A stretch of DNA of 64,000 nucleotides from Candidatus Thalassarchaeaceae archaeon (GCA_045568235.1 JBJLBJ010000026.1:2103-66102), one strand, 5' to 3'; positions 48,267 through 58,263 are shown, numbered from the stretch's first letter. Made by a program: numbers and translations. Notes: generated from the letters alone by a model not told the origin.

Positions 48267-49679
48267 ATGCCTCTCGACCTCGATGCACTGATGGAACGTA
48301 GTGATGAATTATGGGAAGAATCAATCTTACCTAGTTTGAAGAAATTTATTGAAATTGAGGCACTTTCTCCTGCATTTGAGCCAAATTGGGCTGATAAAGG
48401 AGAATTAGATGCAACAATTGATTTATTTTGTTCTTGGCTAGATAATCAGCAACTTTCTGGAATGTCATACGAAGTACATAAAATAGAGGACTCCACTCCT
48501 GTTCTTCTAATTGATGTAGAAGGAACAGGATCAGGGGAAGTAATATTTTATTCCCATTTAGACAAGCAACCCTCTAAACCAGAACTATGGTCTGAAGGCT
48601 TACATCCTTTGAAAGGAGTTAGAAGAGATCCGTGGTTATTTGGCCGAGGAGCATTAGATGACGGTTATGGCGGTTATCTTTGCGTTACAGCATTAAGAAT
48701 GCTACAAGAACTCAGAATTCCTCATCCAACCTGCAAATTCTTGATTGAAACATGTGAAGAATCTGGCTCCTTTGATTTACCTCCTTATCTTGAAAAATTA
48801 ACTGATCAACTTGGAAATCCTAATTTAGTTGTAGTACTAGATAGTGGAGGGCCTGATTATGATCATATTTGGACAACTGAAGCCTTGAGAGGATTAGTAT
48901 CAGGGACGCTTTCTGTCAAAGTCTCCCATGAAGGAGTACATTCAGGAATGTCAGGCGGAACTATACCTTCTTCATTTAGAATACAGAGAATTCTTTTAGA
49001 TAGGGTCGAAGATTCACTTACTGGCGAAATTCTAATCCCTGAGATGCATACTACAATAACAGATACAATTCGCGAGCAAGCAAAGGCTCTTGCAGAAGTT
49101 GTGGGAAACTCAATATGGGAAACTTTACCTGTAATCGATACATTAGTTTCACAATCACACTCTGTTGAAGAAAGCTTACTTGATGTGAATTGGAGGCCGG
49201 CATTGACTGTGATAGGTGCAGATGGCATGCCCTCGGTACAAAATGCGGGTAATGTACTACGTACGAATACGGATTTGAAATTAAGTTTCAGAATCCCTCC
49301 AGGTATAAAGGCAAATTTTGTTGAGAAAATAATCAAACAAAAATTAGAGACTAATCCTCCATTTGGCTCACAAGTCAACTTCGCTCTCGATCCTTCAGCA
49401 GATGGTTTTCATGCACCTCCTTTGGAAGGAGAACTACTCCAATCATTACATGATGCTTCTATGCATATAACTGGATTACCTCCATTAGCCACATGGGTTG
49501 GTGGCACAATTCCTTTTATGGCTATGATGCAGGATAAATATCCAGATGCCAAATTCCTTTGTACAGGTACTGGAGGGCCTGGTAATAATGCTCATGGGCC
49601 AGATGAAAAACTCCATATACCCTCTTCAAAAAGATTAACGGCTGTTCTTTCTGCAACGATCGCCGCAGTATCAAGTTAA
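48267..49679 (+). CDS. M20-family metallopeptidase (dipeptidase/ArgE-DapE-CPG2 superfamily)
   Basis: The ORF is open from TTG 48243, with ATG at 48267. FYSHLDKQP and GRGALDDGYG are the metal-ligand blocks, and ETCEESGS is the Glu-Glu block. Confidence 0.8.
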   Translation: MPLDLDALMERSDELWEESILPSLKKFIEIEALSPAFEPNWADKGELDATIDLFCSWLDNQQLSGMSYEVHKIEDSTPVLLIDVEGTGSGEVIFYSHLDKQPSKPELWSEGLHPLKGVRRDPWLFGRGALDDGYGGYLCVTALRMLQELRIPHPTCKFLIETCEESGSFDLPPYLEKLTDQLGNPNLVVVLDSGGPDYDHIWTTEALRGLVSGTLSVKVSHEGVHSGMSGGTIPSSFRIQRILLDRVEDSLTGEILIPEMHTTITDTIREQAKALAEVVGNSIWETLPVIDTLVSQSHSVEESLLDVNWRPALTVIGADGMPSVQNAGNVLRTNTDLKLSFRIPPGIKANFVEKIIKQKLETNPPFGSQVNFALDPSADGFHAPPLEGELLQSLHDASMHITGLPPLATWVGGTIPFMAMMQDKYPDAKFLCTGTGGPGNNAHGPDEKLHIPSSKRLTAVLSATIAAVSS

Positions 49680-49739
49680 AATTGTATTTTTTGACGCAAG
49701 AAGGATATTAATTCCGCCGATGTTAAATCAGATGCGGCC

Positions 49740-50390
49740 GTGGAACATATCGAGACAGACATGAACGAAGGCGAAAATGGAATCAATTTTCCTGAACCAA
49801 ACGCTCCATCCTCAGTAAATTTAGAAGAGGATTTGAGAATAGCAAATGATAGATTAGAAAAATTATATATTGCATATAATGAATCATCAAAGCTAAATGA
49901 AGAATTACAAGCCATCATTGAAGTTTTAGAAAAAGAGGCTGTAAACAGTGAAATTGAGAAAGAAGGAATTCAAGCACTCCTAGATGAGAAAGATGAGCGT
50001 TTGAGGGCAATGGAATTAGAGCGTGCCAAGGCAAACAAAACTATAGAACATCTTGAACCAAAATTAGAAAAAACAGAAGAAATGTATTCCAGAGAAAAGG
50101 CAAGGCTAGGACGTGTTTTTGAAGTAGCTGAAGAACTTGATGAAGCTTTACAAACAGCAACTACTGAAATGTCTGCGAGAGATGACTGGTATGTACAGCA
50201 TATGCAATTATTTGAAAATCTCAATGAAGCCATTCAAACCAGATATGAGATGATAGACAGTGCAGTACAAGCAATGGCTGAATTCCGTCAAAAGCAAGAT
50301 ACATTCAAAGATCGTATGGACGAAGCTCTTGATGCTGTTAAAGAACAAGCTTCGGAAGAAAAATCATCAAACGCTGACGAAACAGAATAA
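49740..50390 (+). CDS. acidic coiled-coil protein, unknown function
   Basis: 216 aa from GTG 49740, or 209 aa from ATG 49761. It has heptad-like E/K/L-rich sequence throughout and no TM. Confidence 0.5.
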   Translation: MEHIETDMNEGENGINFPEPNAPSSVNLEEDLRIANDRLEKLYIAYNESSKLNEELQAIIEVLEKEAVNSEIEKEGIQALLDEKDERLRAMELERAKANKTIEHLEPKLEKTEEMYSREKARLGRVFEVAEELDEALQTATTEMSARDDWYVQHMQLFENLNEAIQTRYEMIDSAVQAMAEFRQKQDTFKDRMDEALDAVKEQASEEKSSNADETE

Positions 50391-50394
50391 GCAA

Positions 50395-51120
50395 TTATTC
50401 TGGTTTCGATCCATCTACTAAACGGATACATTTTGCTGGTAATCCGCCCCAAACTTCTCCTGCAGGTACATTGGTCCATTTAGGAACAACCGCTCTTGAT
50501 GCTATAACCGCACCTTCTCCAATCGTACATCCTGGTTGAATAATTGATTCAGTACCTATAAGTGCATCATTTTCGATAACTACTGGTGCCATAACCAATT
50601 CTCCTTTTTCAGTAAGATGAGCATTAATCACAGCCTTTCCACCAATTACTACTCTTTCTCCAATTGTAACTGAACCACAATCATTAACGTTTGGAGTATT
50701 TATTTGTGCCCCTCTACCAATTTTTGCTCCAGAAAGTCTGTAGTAAGTATTTCCAATGAAAGAAGGTACTAGATGAGGTAAGAAAAATAAAGCAGCCTTA
50801 TGAAAAATCATTGACCAAGCCCATTGAATTGTAACAAATGATTGTAATGGGTATCTTCCAGGTTCTAGTCTCGGCCTCAAAAGACCTGCCATTAAACCAC
50901 TAAATATCACTAAACTAATGCCCCAAGTCATAATGAATAATCCAAGAGAAACTCCAATCCCCATCAGCTCTAAGAAGTAACTTTCAGCATTTGATGTAGA
51001 AATTTCATGCCCATAATTAAATAATGCTAAAGCAGGAATTGCTGTAATTCCAATTATAGCGGCGAAGATTGGTATTACTAGTGCTGTTAAAAAATTTTGA
51101 ATAATAATGAATGACTTCAT
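50395..51120 (-). CDS. membrane-anchored hexapeptide-repeat (left-handed beta-helix) transferase-like protein
   Basis: 241 aa with 3-4 N-terminal TM helices. These are followed by GAKIGRGAQIN...VTIGERVVIGGKAVINAHL...VVIENDALIGTESIIQPGCTIGEGAVIASRAVV. Confidence 0.7.
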   Translation of the reverse strand: MKSFIIIQNFLTALVIPIFAAIIGITAIPALALFNYGHEISTSNAESYFLELMGIGVSLGLFIMTWGISLVIFSGLMAGLLRPRLEPGRYPLQSFVTIQWAWSMIFHKAALFFLPHLVPSFIGNTYYRLSGAKIGRGAQINTPNVNDCGSVTIGERVVIGGKAVINAHLTEKGELVMAPVVIENDALIGTESIIQPGCTIGEGAVIASRAVVPKWTNVPAGEVWGGLPAKCIRLVDGSKPE

Positions 51121-51241
51121 TGGTACACCCGTAATGGTGCGTGAGAGTGTTCAAAGAAGATGTTTCGGGATAAAATAACAGACTTTCATAGTATATTTTG
51201 ATTAATATATAATTTAGCGCTTACGGCAGTATCAAGGCGGA

Positions 51242-52393
51242 ATGTCCCACGCATCAATTATGGCTACAGCATCTGGCTTACTGGGAGATGGTAAAAAAGC
51301 CATTAAAATACATCATCTAGTTAAAGCCCCAGAAAATACTCCACATTCAATTTCAAGAAGAGAATCATGGGATGCAGACAAGCCAGCTATAGTTTACAAA
51401 ACTCCAGAAAATCTTCCCGATGGAACGCCCTGTACTGCCGCTACAGTTATTCTTAGGACCAAGGGTTGTGTCTGGTGGTGGAAATCTGGATGTACATTTT
51501 GTGGTTATTTTAATGATGTAAGGGATGATGTTACTTCTGCAAATCTTTTTGCTCAGTGGGAGGAAGCTAAGCGGCAAACAAATGATTTTGATGGTTGTAA
51601 GATGATTAAAGTATATACTTCAGGAACTTTTTTTGAAGATCAAGAAATTCCTGTAGATTTCCAGGAATCAGTTTTAATTGAAACGTTTGAAAGAAAAATA
51701 CACTTAGTTATAGAAGCTCAAGCACAATTATGTTATCCAGAAAAAATTGCATGGCTGGCCAAAAAACATCCAGGCTGTACAATTGCTTTAGGACTTGAAG
51801 CATATGATGACATTGTATTAAGATTTCATGTAAATAAAGGATTTTCTACTAAACAATGGCATAAAGCAGTTGATTTACTTAGAGAAAACAGTCTTAGAGT
51901 TAAGACATACTTGATTTTTAAACCGCCATTCATGTCAGAAGGTGATGCATTAAGACATACAATAAAATGGGTCAAGCAAGTAGCACCTCTCTCAGATGAA
52001 GTTTCAATAAATCCCATGAATATTCAAAGAAGTACAATTGTAGACCGTTTATTTAGAAATAGAGAGTTTAGGCCGCCATGGCTATGGTCTTTGGTAGATA
52101 TGATTGAAAAAACTCATTCAGAAATTTCACAACTAGATTGTCGTACTATTGTACATCCAACCGCCGGGGGTAGGATAAGAGGAGCGCATAATTGTGGTTC
52201 TTGTGATGAGGATGTCGTTGCAGCAATAGAAAGATATTCAGTATCTGGCAGCTTAGAAGAATTTTCAGGTATCGATTGTTCTTGTAAAAAAGTCTGGAGT
52301 ACCGAAATTTTCAATGATAATAATCTTCCAATTCCTCTCGGTTCAGGATTAGATCGTAGATCTTTCAGAACTGATACAGTTCGTGCCCCATGA
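51242..52393 (+). CDS. radical-SAM/Fe-S protein of the TIGR01210 (COG1244) family, RaSEA-like (archaeosine formation partner of ArcS)
   Basis: 383 aa. ILRTKGCVWWWKSGCTFCGY is a Cys cluster in the family-typical context, followed by a TIM-barrel-like KVYTSGTFF...LGLEAYDD. The family assignment is from memory. Confidence 0.55.
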   Translation: MSHASIMATASGLLGDGKKAIKIHHLVKAPENTPHSISRRESWDADKPAIVYKTPENLPDGTPCTAATVILRTKGCVWWWKSGCTFCGYFNDVRDDVTSANLFAQWEEAKRQTNDFDGCKMIKVYTSGTFFEDQEIPVDFQESVLIETFERKIHLVIEAQAQLCYPEKIAWLAKKHPGCTIALGLEAYDDIVLRFHVNKGFSTKQWHKAVDLLRENSLRVKTYLIFKPPFMSEGDALRHTIKWVKQVAPLSDEVSINPMNIQRSTIVDRLFRNREFRPPWLWSLVDMIEKTHSEISQLDCRTIVHPTAGGRIRGAHNCGSCDEDVVAAIERYSVSGSLEEFSGIDCSCKKVWSTEIFNDNNLPIPLGSGLDRRSFRTDTVRAP

Positions 52394-52484
52394 GCCAAAG
52401 CGACCTCATCTTTCTCCTAATGCTTAAGGGGCAATCTTCAGTGGTTAAGCATGTCCTACACGGTGGGATGTATGTGGTGTCGAA

Positions 52485-52763
52485 ATGTCTAATGACGGTT
52501 CAGGTAAAATAGGTCAGTTTCTACAAGGTGAGAAGGAACCTCCTTCTTCATGGGTAATTTTGGTAATTGGGTTTGTAGCAGCACTAATTTTCTTAGTAAT
52601 ATATAATATATTATATCCTGGGCAAGATTTACCTGTCCTTTCTTCTCTTTTACCTATGTTCGAGGGTGTATTTGATTCAGGAATTTGGTTCTTCATACTG
52701 GGTGCTATGATTGGTGCATTCGCCATTCTAGGCACTATTCTTACAGAGGCAACTATTGAGTGA
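52485..52763 (+). CDS. small 2-TM membrane protein
   Basis: 92 aa with two hydrophobic helices. It lies 10 nt upstream of the next membrane-protein gene, so the two are probably co-transcribed. Confidence 0.5.
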   Translation: MSNDGSGKIGQFLQGEKEPPSSWVILVIGFVAALIFLVIYNILYPGQDLPVLSSLLPMFEGVFDSGIWFFILGAMIGAFAILGTILTEATIE

Positions 52764-52772
52764 GGTTTTAAA

Positions 52773-54455
52773 ATGGATATAATATTATCAACTTTAGTTA
52801 TTTTTTGGGCACTCATTATTATTTCTTATATCTTAATTCAAAGAGGTCTTGGTGTATTAGGAGAAGTTGTACGTGGTTTGACTATGTTCATGCTTGAAAA
52901 AGCATTAGGACCAGGTGCAGATCTTGTAGAAGGAAGAAAAGGTGCTGGGTCAAAAATTTGGATTGTACAAGGAATGATTTGGTTATTTGTTTCTGCAACT
53001 CTTACTTTCATAGGACTTTGGCTTGGACATGATCCCATCGCTCTGCATAGTTTGGAAGCTTGGGGATACAATGCTCTTTCATCAGAACTGTTTTATGCAG
53101 GCAAATTTGCTGCATTATTTGGAGCAGTCGGAATGTTCATTATTGGCTCAGGATTACATATACTCCCTTCATTATTAGAGGTCGATCTAGCAAGTGAGAA
53201 AAACGCTGTCTTAACCTCTTTTGTATGGACAATATCAGTAATAATCCTAATCATTGGCTCTCAAAGTAGTGAAATTTTTGGCTTGGATATTATTTTAATT
53301 GGAACAGGAATAAATTTACTTGTTGCTACTGCTATTACCGCTAATCAATTGCTGACTAAAGCAAACTCAGATGTTACGTTGGCAACACCAGGTTGGCTGA
53401 TTATCTTTGGATTAATCGGTACACCAATTGCTATCATCTCTATATTAGTTAGTGGTGCATACGATGAAGGAATAGGCCAATGGTTGACATATCATCTATT
53501 TGGCGCTACATTCTGGTTTTCATCAATAGCTGGGATATCACTCTACTCAGCTAGTTATGGATCTGGGAATGCATTATGGTCAAGAACTGTTGCAGGTGTA
53601 GTTATATTTGGAACATTATTTACAATAAATCCACTGGGAGATGTTCATCCAGTAATGGCTGTAGATATGCTTGGATTATCAACAGCAGAATTAGTTATTA
53701 CAAATCAAGATAATGTAATTGGATCATTTTTGATGGCATTAGCCATAATTCCAATAATAGCATTATCTTCAAACATATTAATCACACTCCGTGGTACTGA
53801 TACCTTTGTAGAAAATCCAGATTCAGCAGGTATTCCAGAAATAAATTTTGGTGCTTGGATGCTACTTCCATTAGGCATTGGGTCTTTATTCGTACAAACT
53901 GACTATCTAAGTGGAGTAAATGAACTTACTGGGATTTCTAATATAATTCAATTAATGACTATTTGGACTGTTTTTATTCCACTAACTTTGGGTGCAGCAT
54001 TACAAGTATTGCCTCCGGCTAGTGGAAGATACCCGCTTTCACAGAATAGGGCAAGAATGGCATTTTGGATGTTATCTGGTGGAGCTGTACTGGGACTAGT
54101 TCTTACTCTAATATCAGATATCACTGACCTTGCATTGGCAGAAGCACTTGTTGAAGATCCTAGTACACTTTCTCACACTATGAGGAAAGCTGGATCAGTA
54201 GTTTTCTATGGTACTGTTTTGGGAGCAATATTCCATGCTACTAATATCGTAAGTGGATTATATAGGGGGGAGAAGGTTAAATCTCAAGTAAGTTTGTCTG
54301 AGACAACATTTGTTCCTACTTCATATCCGTTGACTGCAACTACTTCTATTCGTAAGATTTTAGCAAGTGGAGCGGTATTAGATACTGAAGTAGTACCTAC
54401 ATTCGAAAGTAGTGATTCCGGAAAACCTACTCTACTTCATATTGAAGAAGAATGA
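52773..54455 (+). CDS. polytopic (~14 TM) membrane protein, unknown function
   Basis: 560 aa and hydrophobic throughout, with a hydrophilic C-terminal tail. No transporter or oxidase signature recognised. Confidence 0.6.
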   Translation: MDIILSTLVIFWALIIISYILIQRGLGVLGEVVRGLTMFMLEKALGPGADLVEGRKGAGSKIWIVQGMIWLFVSATLTFIGLWLGHDPIALHSLEAWGYNALSSELFYAGKFAALFGAVGMFIIGSGLHILPSLLEVDLASEKNAVLTSFVWTISVIILIIGSQSSEIFGLDIILIGTGINLLVATAITANQLLTKANSDVTLATPGWLIIFGLIGTPIAIISILVSGAYDEGIGQWLTYHLFGATFWFSSIAGISLYSASYGSGNALWSRTVAGVVIFGTLFTINPLGDVHPVMAVDMLGLSTAELVITNQDNVIGSFLMALAIIPIIALSSNILITLRGTDTFVENPDSAGIPEINFGAWMLLPLGIGSLFVQTDYLSGVNELTGISNIIQLMTIWTVFIPLTLGAALQVLPPASGRYPLSQNRARMAFWMLSGGAVLGLVLTLISDITDLALAEALVEDPSTLSHTMRKAGSVVFYGTVLGAIFHATNIVSGLYRGEKVKSQVSLSETTFVPTSYPLTATTSIRKILASGAVLDTEVVPTFESSDSGKPTLLHIEEE

Positions 54456-54476
54456 GTTCTATTTAACGGTCATATT

Positions 54477-55760
54477 ATGCGTATTGGATTAGTTGGAAAA
54501 CCGAATGTTGGTAAATCTACATCCTTTTCTGCGTTGACTGAAAAACCTGTAGAAATAGCAAACTATCCTTTTACTACTATCGATCCAAATGTCGGAATAG
54601 CTTGGTTACCCTTACTTGATAGTTGTGCATGTTCTCAATTGAGGATAAAAAAGGAAAAGGAAGGAAAACTAGATGTTGAAATTAACGACGAAAGAAAGGG
54701 AAGTATTTGTTCTCCTAATTCCGGATCATGCGTTGGCTTCACCAGATTAGTACCAATCACATTGATTGATGTTGCCGGACTTGTACCTGGTGCACATGAA
54801 GGAAGAGGCAGAGGAAACCAATTCCTTTCAGACTTGGCTAGGTGTGATGCATTGATACAAATTGTAGATACATCAGGTTCAACAGATATTGAAGGTAATC
54901 CGATTGGTGTAGGAGGATCAACACCTTTGGAAGAATATCATTTCCTGCTCAAAGAATTAGATGCTTGGATAACCGGAATAATTAGTTCAGGCTGGCAACG
55001 CGGTGCAAGGAGAGTCCAATCTGAAGGAGAAAAGGCAATTTCTCTATATCTTTTAGATCAATTATCGGGATTAGGAGCTAAAGAAGTACATATTTCATTA
55101 GGTCTGGCAGCTGTCCATGAAAAATTCCCAGATGCCGGGGTTCCTTGGGAATGGGGAACAGGGGAATTGACTACTATCGCTTCAGCAATTAGGTCTGAAC
55201 TTTTTCCTATTTCCATTGCAGCAAATAAAGCAGATTCAGCATCTCAAGAATCTTGGTTAGAATTAGAAGAAGTTGTAAAAATAAATGGAGGTATCGTTGT
55301 CCCGACTAGTGCAGAGGCTGAATTGGCATTAAGAAGAGCTTCTCGTTCAGGTTTGATAAGCCATATTCCCGGTGAGTCAAATTTTGAAATAACCAAAACT
55401 GGAGAAGAAAAATTATCTGAACCACAAAGAAAAGGACTATTATCAATTAGCAAGACTCTAAATTCTTGGAGAGGAAGAGGATTAGTTGGATTATTATCAG
55501 AGGTAGTTTTTGGAATTCTTAATCGTAAAGTTGCATATCCTGTTCAAGATGAATCACACTGGGTTGATGGAGAAGGTAATATCCTTCCAGATGCAATACT
55601 AGTTCCTGAGGGAACTACTGCAAAAGGCCTAGCATATGCAGTTCATTCTGATCTTGGAGACGGATTCATCCGAGCAGTTGATGCTCGTTCTTCAAGAGTA
55701 ATAGGAGCTGATTATGAAATAAAAAATGGAGATGTAATCCGAATACATGCAAAAAATTAA
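54477..55760 (+). CDS. Obg-like GTPase/ATPase of the YchF/Ygr210 type with C-terminal TGS domain
   Basis: 427 aa. G1 is GKPNVGKST, followed by YPFTTIDPNVG. G3 is DVAGLV. The TGS-like end is GDVIRIHAK. Confidence 0.85.
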   Translation: MRIGLVGKPNVGKSTSFSALTEKPVEIANYPFTTIDPNVGIAWLPLLDSCACSQLRIKKEKEGKLDVEINDERKGSICSPNSGSCVGFTRLVPITLIDVAGLVPGAHEGRGRGNQFLSDLARCDALIQIVDTSGSTDIEGNPIGVGGSTPLEEYHFLLKELDAWITGIISSGWQRGARRVQSEGEKAISLYLLDQLSGLGAKEVHISLGLAAVHEKFPDAGVPWEWGTGELTTIASAIRSELFPISIAANKADSASQESWLELEEVVKINGGIVVPTSAEAELALRRASRSGLISHIPGESNFEITKTGEEKLSEPQRKGLLSISKTLNSWRGRGLVGLLSEVVFGILNRKVAYPVQDESHWVDGEGNILPDAILVPEGTTAKGLAYAVHSDLGDGFIRAVDARSSRVIGADYEIKNGDVIRIHAKN

Positions 55761-55765
55761 CTTCT

Positions 55766-56407
55766 CTATTTTATAAATTTACCAGAATCTGACCTATTAA
55801 GTGAAGTTAATGCCCCCCCTCCTAAAAATATTAATCCACAAATTGCTTCTACACCAAGTTGACTGATCATAAGTAGAAATTTATCTTCATCTCCAGTTAA
55901 TAAAATTAATATTACGACAATAACAAGTGATACTATTCCTAATATCTGTAATATCCCTCGATTTTTTTCCAAATCTTCTCCATCATCCCACCATTTTGTA
56001 TGTCCTGTGAAATCACCCAATAACTTAGATTCTAAAATTTCAAATGCATCTTCCATCTTCATTTTTTTACTCTCAATCTTTTTACTATCATCCCAATGTT
56101 CCAATTCTCCCTTATCAACTGCATATTGTACGAATTCATCTTCATCTATGCCTAAATCCACAACCCAATACTGTTTTGCAGCCTTGAGTAGAATCAATAA
56201 TTCATCTATGTTTTTCGAACTTATTCTCTTCTTATTTCCGTCAATATCGTATCTAATATCTGATTCATCTGAAGGTTTATCAATCGGATTTTTTTTAGGA
56301 ATTATTACTTCTAATGGAGGATAATGATTTTTGTGTCTATTACAGTATCCAACACTCCTAAATTCTAGTGCATTACAATTAAATGCAGCACACTTCCTCT
56401 TTCCCAC
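55766..56407 (-). CDS. hypothetical protein: N-terminal Cys/His cluster, acidic middle, two C-terminal TM helices
   Basis: 213 aa with a GTG start. The N-terminus reads KCAAFNCNALEFRSVGYCNRHKNH (C-x4-C-x10-C-x2-H). The C-terminal helices are ILGIVSLVIVVILILL and AICGLIFLGGGAL. Confidence 0.45.
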   Translation of the reverse strand: MGKRKCAAFNCNALEFRSVGYCNRHKNHYPPLEVIIPKKNPIDKPSDESDIRYDIDGNKKRISSKNIDELLILLKAAKQYWVVDLGIDEDEFVQYAVDKGELEHWDDSKKIESKKMKMEDAFEILESKLLGDFTGHTKWWDDGEDLEKNRGILQILGIVSLVIVVILILLTGDEDKFLLMISQLGVEAICGLIFLGGGALTSLNRSDSGKFIK

Positions 56408-56481
56408 AGTTTTTCAGATATTGACTCAACTTTCAAATTATTGCCGGATATTATTTAATCTATGATATTTCTACTATTTTT

Positions 56482-56997
56482 GTGAGTAGAGATTTGGAGG
56501 ATGCTGAAATCTTGTCTGTTGTCAATGAAGAAGATTTAGTAATTGGACAAAGGAGACGTGATGAGATACATTCTCTAAATCTATTTCATCGTTCAATTCA
56601 TGTGCTGATTTTTAATACAAATGGGGAAATATTTCTTCAACAAAGAGGTCTACTAAAGCAAGAGAGCCCTGGTCTTTGGGCTTCTTCAGTATCTGGGCAT
56701 GTCGATGCAGGAGAGTCTTATGATGTTGCATGTATTCGGGAAATTGAAGAAGAAGTTGGAATAAAAATAAATTATATACCGGAAAAATTATTCAAATTAA
56801 AACCTTCAAAATTAACTGCAAATGAATTCAGTTGGGTTTATTATTTAGAAACTGACCAATTATTAAATCCTAATTTATCAGAGATAGAAATGGGAAAATG
56901 GTTTTCAAAAGAAAATCTAGATTATTTTATCCTCCATAATCAAAATAAAGTTGCAGATTTATTTATCCATATTTGGAGAAAATATTGTGATTTATAA
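56482..56997 (+). CDS. NUDIX hydrolase (IDI-like subfamily, lacks IDI catalytic Cys)
   Basis: 171 aa. The Nudix box is GHVDAGESYDVACIREIEEEVGI (Gx5Ex7REUxEExGU), preceded by LFHRSIHVLIFN..GEIFLQQR. Confidence 0.8.
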   Translation: MSRDLEDAEILSVVNEEDLVIGQRRRDEIHSLNLFHRSIHVLIFNTNGEIFLQQRGLLKQESPGLWASSVSGHVDAGESYDVACIREIEEEVGIKINYIPEKLFKLKPSKLTANEFSWVYYLETDQLLNPNLSEIEMGKWFSKENLDYFILHNQNKVADLFIHIWRKYCDL

Positions 56998-57006
56998 TCT
57001 TCTAAT

Positions 57007-57681
57007 TTATATCTCAATTACCGGCTCTATTGTTACTATGTATGATACTACTGTCCATGTAATCTCATAATCTTCATCAGAGTCTACAATATCTCCAACT
57101 ATTGGTGCTGGAGGTGAACTAATGTCAGCAGTTATTGTTGCAGACCAAGTTCCTCTGCCAAATCCATTGTCTGTCCATTGATTGAGTATTTCTTGTTCAG
57201 TAGTTTCACTTTGTGTAATATTGTCTCCTGTGTAATTTGCTGTCACATCCCATCTGATGTTTACTCCTGAATTGCCGCCCCCATTACATGATCCTTGCTC
57301 ATTCTGTTCTTCAAACTCTCCTTCAACTCCACTTAGATCAGTAACCACATCCATTCCATCAGTAAATCCTGGTCCTGGATCATCATTATCCATACAAGTA
57401 ATTGTTAACTCCACATAACCAATATTAATTTCACTTACAATATCGAAGAATGTATCATATGCTTCATCATCTGCTAAATTAATTGTTTCAGACAACGTCT
57501 CTGTCGTCTCTTCAAATGATATCATCCATTCTCCCTTTATTCCATTTGTTCCTCCAACCATCTCACTATCAATTAATGATGGCATTACAGCAAAGTAGGA
57601 TGGAAAGGCAATCATGAAAATGACACTCCACATCAGCATCGTTCTCTTACGAGAAGTATTTACTAGGTCTTCAAAGTCCAT
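57007..57681 (-). CDS. N-terminally anchored acidic extracytoplasmic protein; paralog of 3119..3817
   Basis: 224 aa with the TM MLMWSVIFMIAFPSYFAV. Its blocks are shared with 3119..3817 (see that entry). Confidence 0.55.
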   Translation of the reverse strand: MDFEDLVNTSRKRTMLMWSVIFMIAFPSYFAVMPSLIDSEMVGGTNGIKGEWMISFEETTETLSETINLADDEAYDTFFDIVSEINIGYVELTITCMDNDDPGPGFTDGMDVVTDLSGVEGEFEEQNEQGSCNGGGNSGVNIRWDVTANYTGDNITQSETTEQEILNQWTDNGFGRGTWSATITADISSPPAPIVGDIVDSDEDYEITWTVVSYIVTIEPVIEI

Positions 57682-57744
57682 TGTATTACATCAACCGGTT
57701 AGGTCATCCGCATTTCAATTCCTCTATTGCTAGTGCAAAAATTA

Positions 57745-58263
57745 TTAAAAAACAGACTTCTTAGTCCATTTTGTAATATCTACTCCCTCTTTCTTCAATT
57801 GAGATTTAGATTTATAAAATTCTGGCTGGAAATATCCAATCATAGATCTTTCTCCAAAACTCCATTTCCAAGGACAACGACTAAATTTTGAAACCCATTG
57901 ATTGAGTATATTAATCCATATTTCGCCATCAATTTCAATTGGCACTTCAAAAGAAACTTTTGTTATTTTCCCAGCCGAACCAGGAGTATGCGACCATACT
58001 CTCATAGCAAGACCTTTTACTTCACCCTCTTCGATAACTATCCCTAATACTCTTGCCATTTTACTTATGGGCATGACTATTGCCCATCTGCTAACTATCT
58101 TTGATTCCTCAATCCTACGCATTTTCCAATTATTATGTTCGCCAATTTCTCTAATCGCCCTTATTGCATCAGTAGGCGTTACACTGACGGGTATTTCGAC
58201 TAATCGGCTCGACATCATAAAGAATCCCTCTAGGCCCTCGCCCATAGCGTCTTCGCGTATCAT
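57745..58263 (-). CDS. hypothetical soluble protein encoded 16 nt downstream of the ribosomal stalk genes
   Basis: 172 aa with balanced composition. The competing plus-strand ORF 57902..58471 is Ser/Ile-rich and overlaps rpl12, so the minus-strand ORF is preferred. Confidence 0.55.
   Translation of the reverse strand: MIREDAMGEGLEGFFMMSSRLVEIPVSVTPTDAIRAIREIGEHNNWKMRRIEESKIVSRWAIVMPISKMARVLGIVIEEGEVKGLAMRVWSHTPGSAGKITKVSFEVPIEIDGEIWINILNQWVSKFSRCPWKWSFGERSMIGYFQPEFYKSKSQLKKEGVDITKWTKKSVF

Noticed and set aside
48863-49378. 171-aa minus-strand ORF opposite the M20 peptidase gene
   Set aside because: The plus-strand frame carries the M20 metal-binding motifs. The antisense ORF has no features and lies wholly inside it.
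52773-54455. 560-aa membrane protein as a heme-copper oxidase/NOR subunit I homolog
   Set aside because: The helix count and size fit, but the six invariant His ligands and the HPEVY/HH-type motifs are absent. It is left as function unknown.
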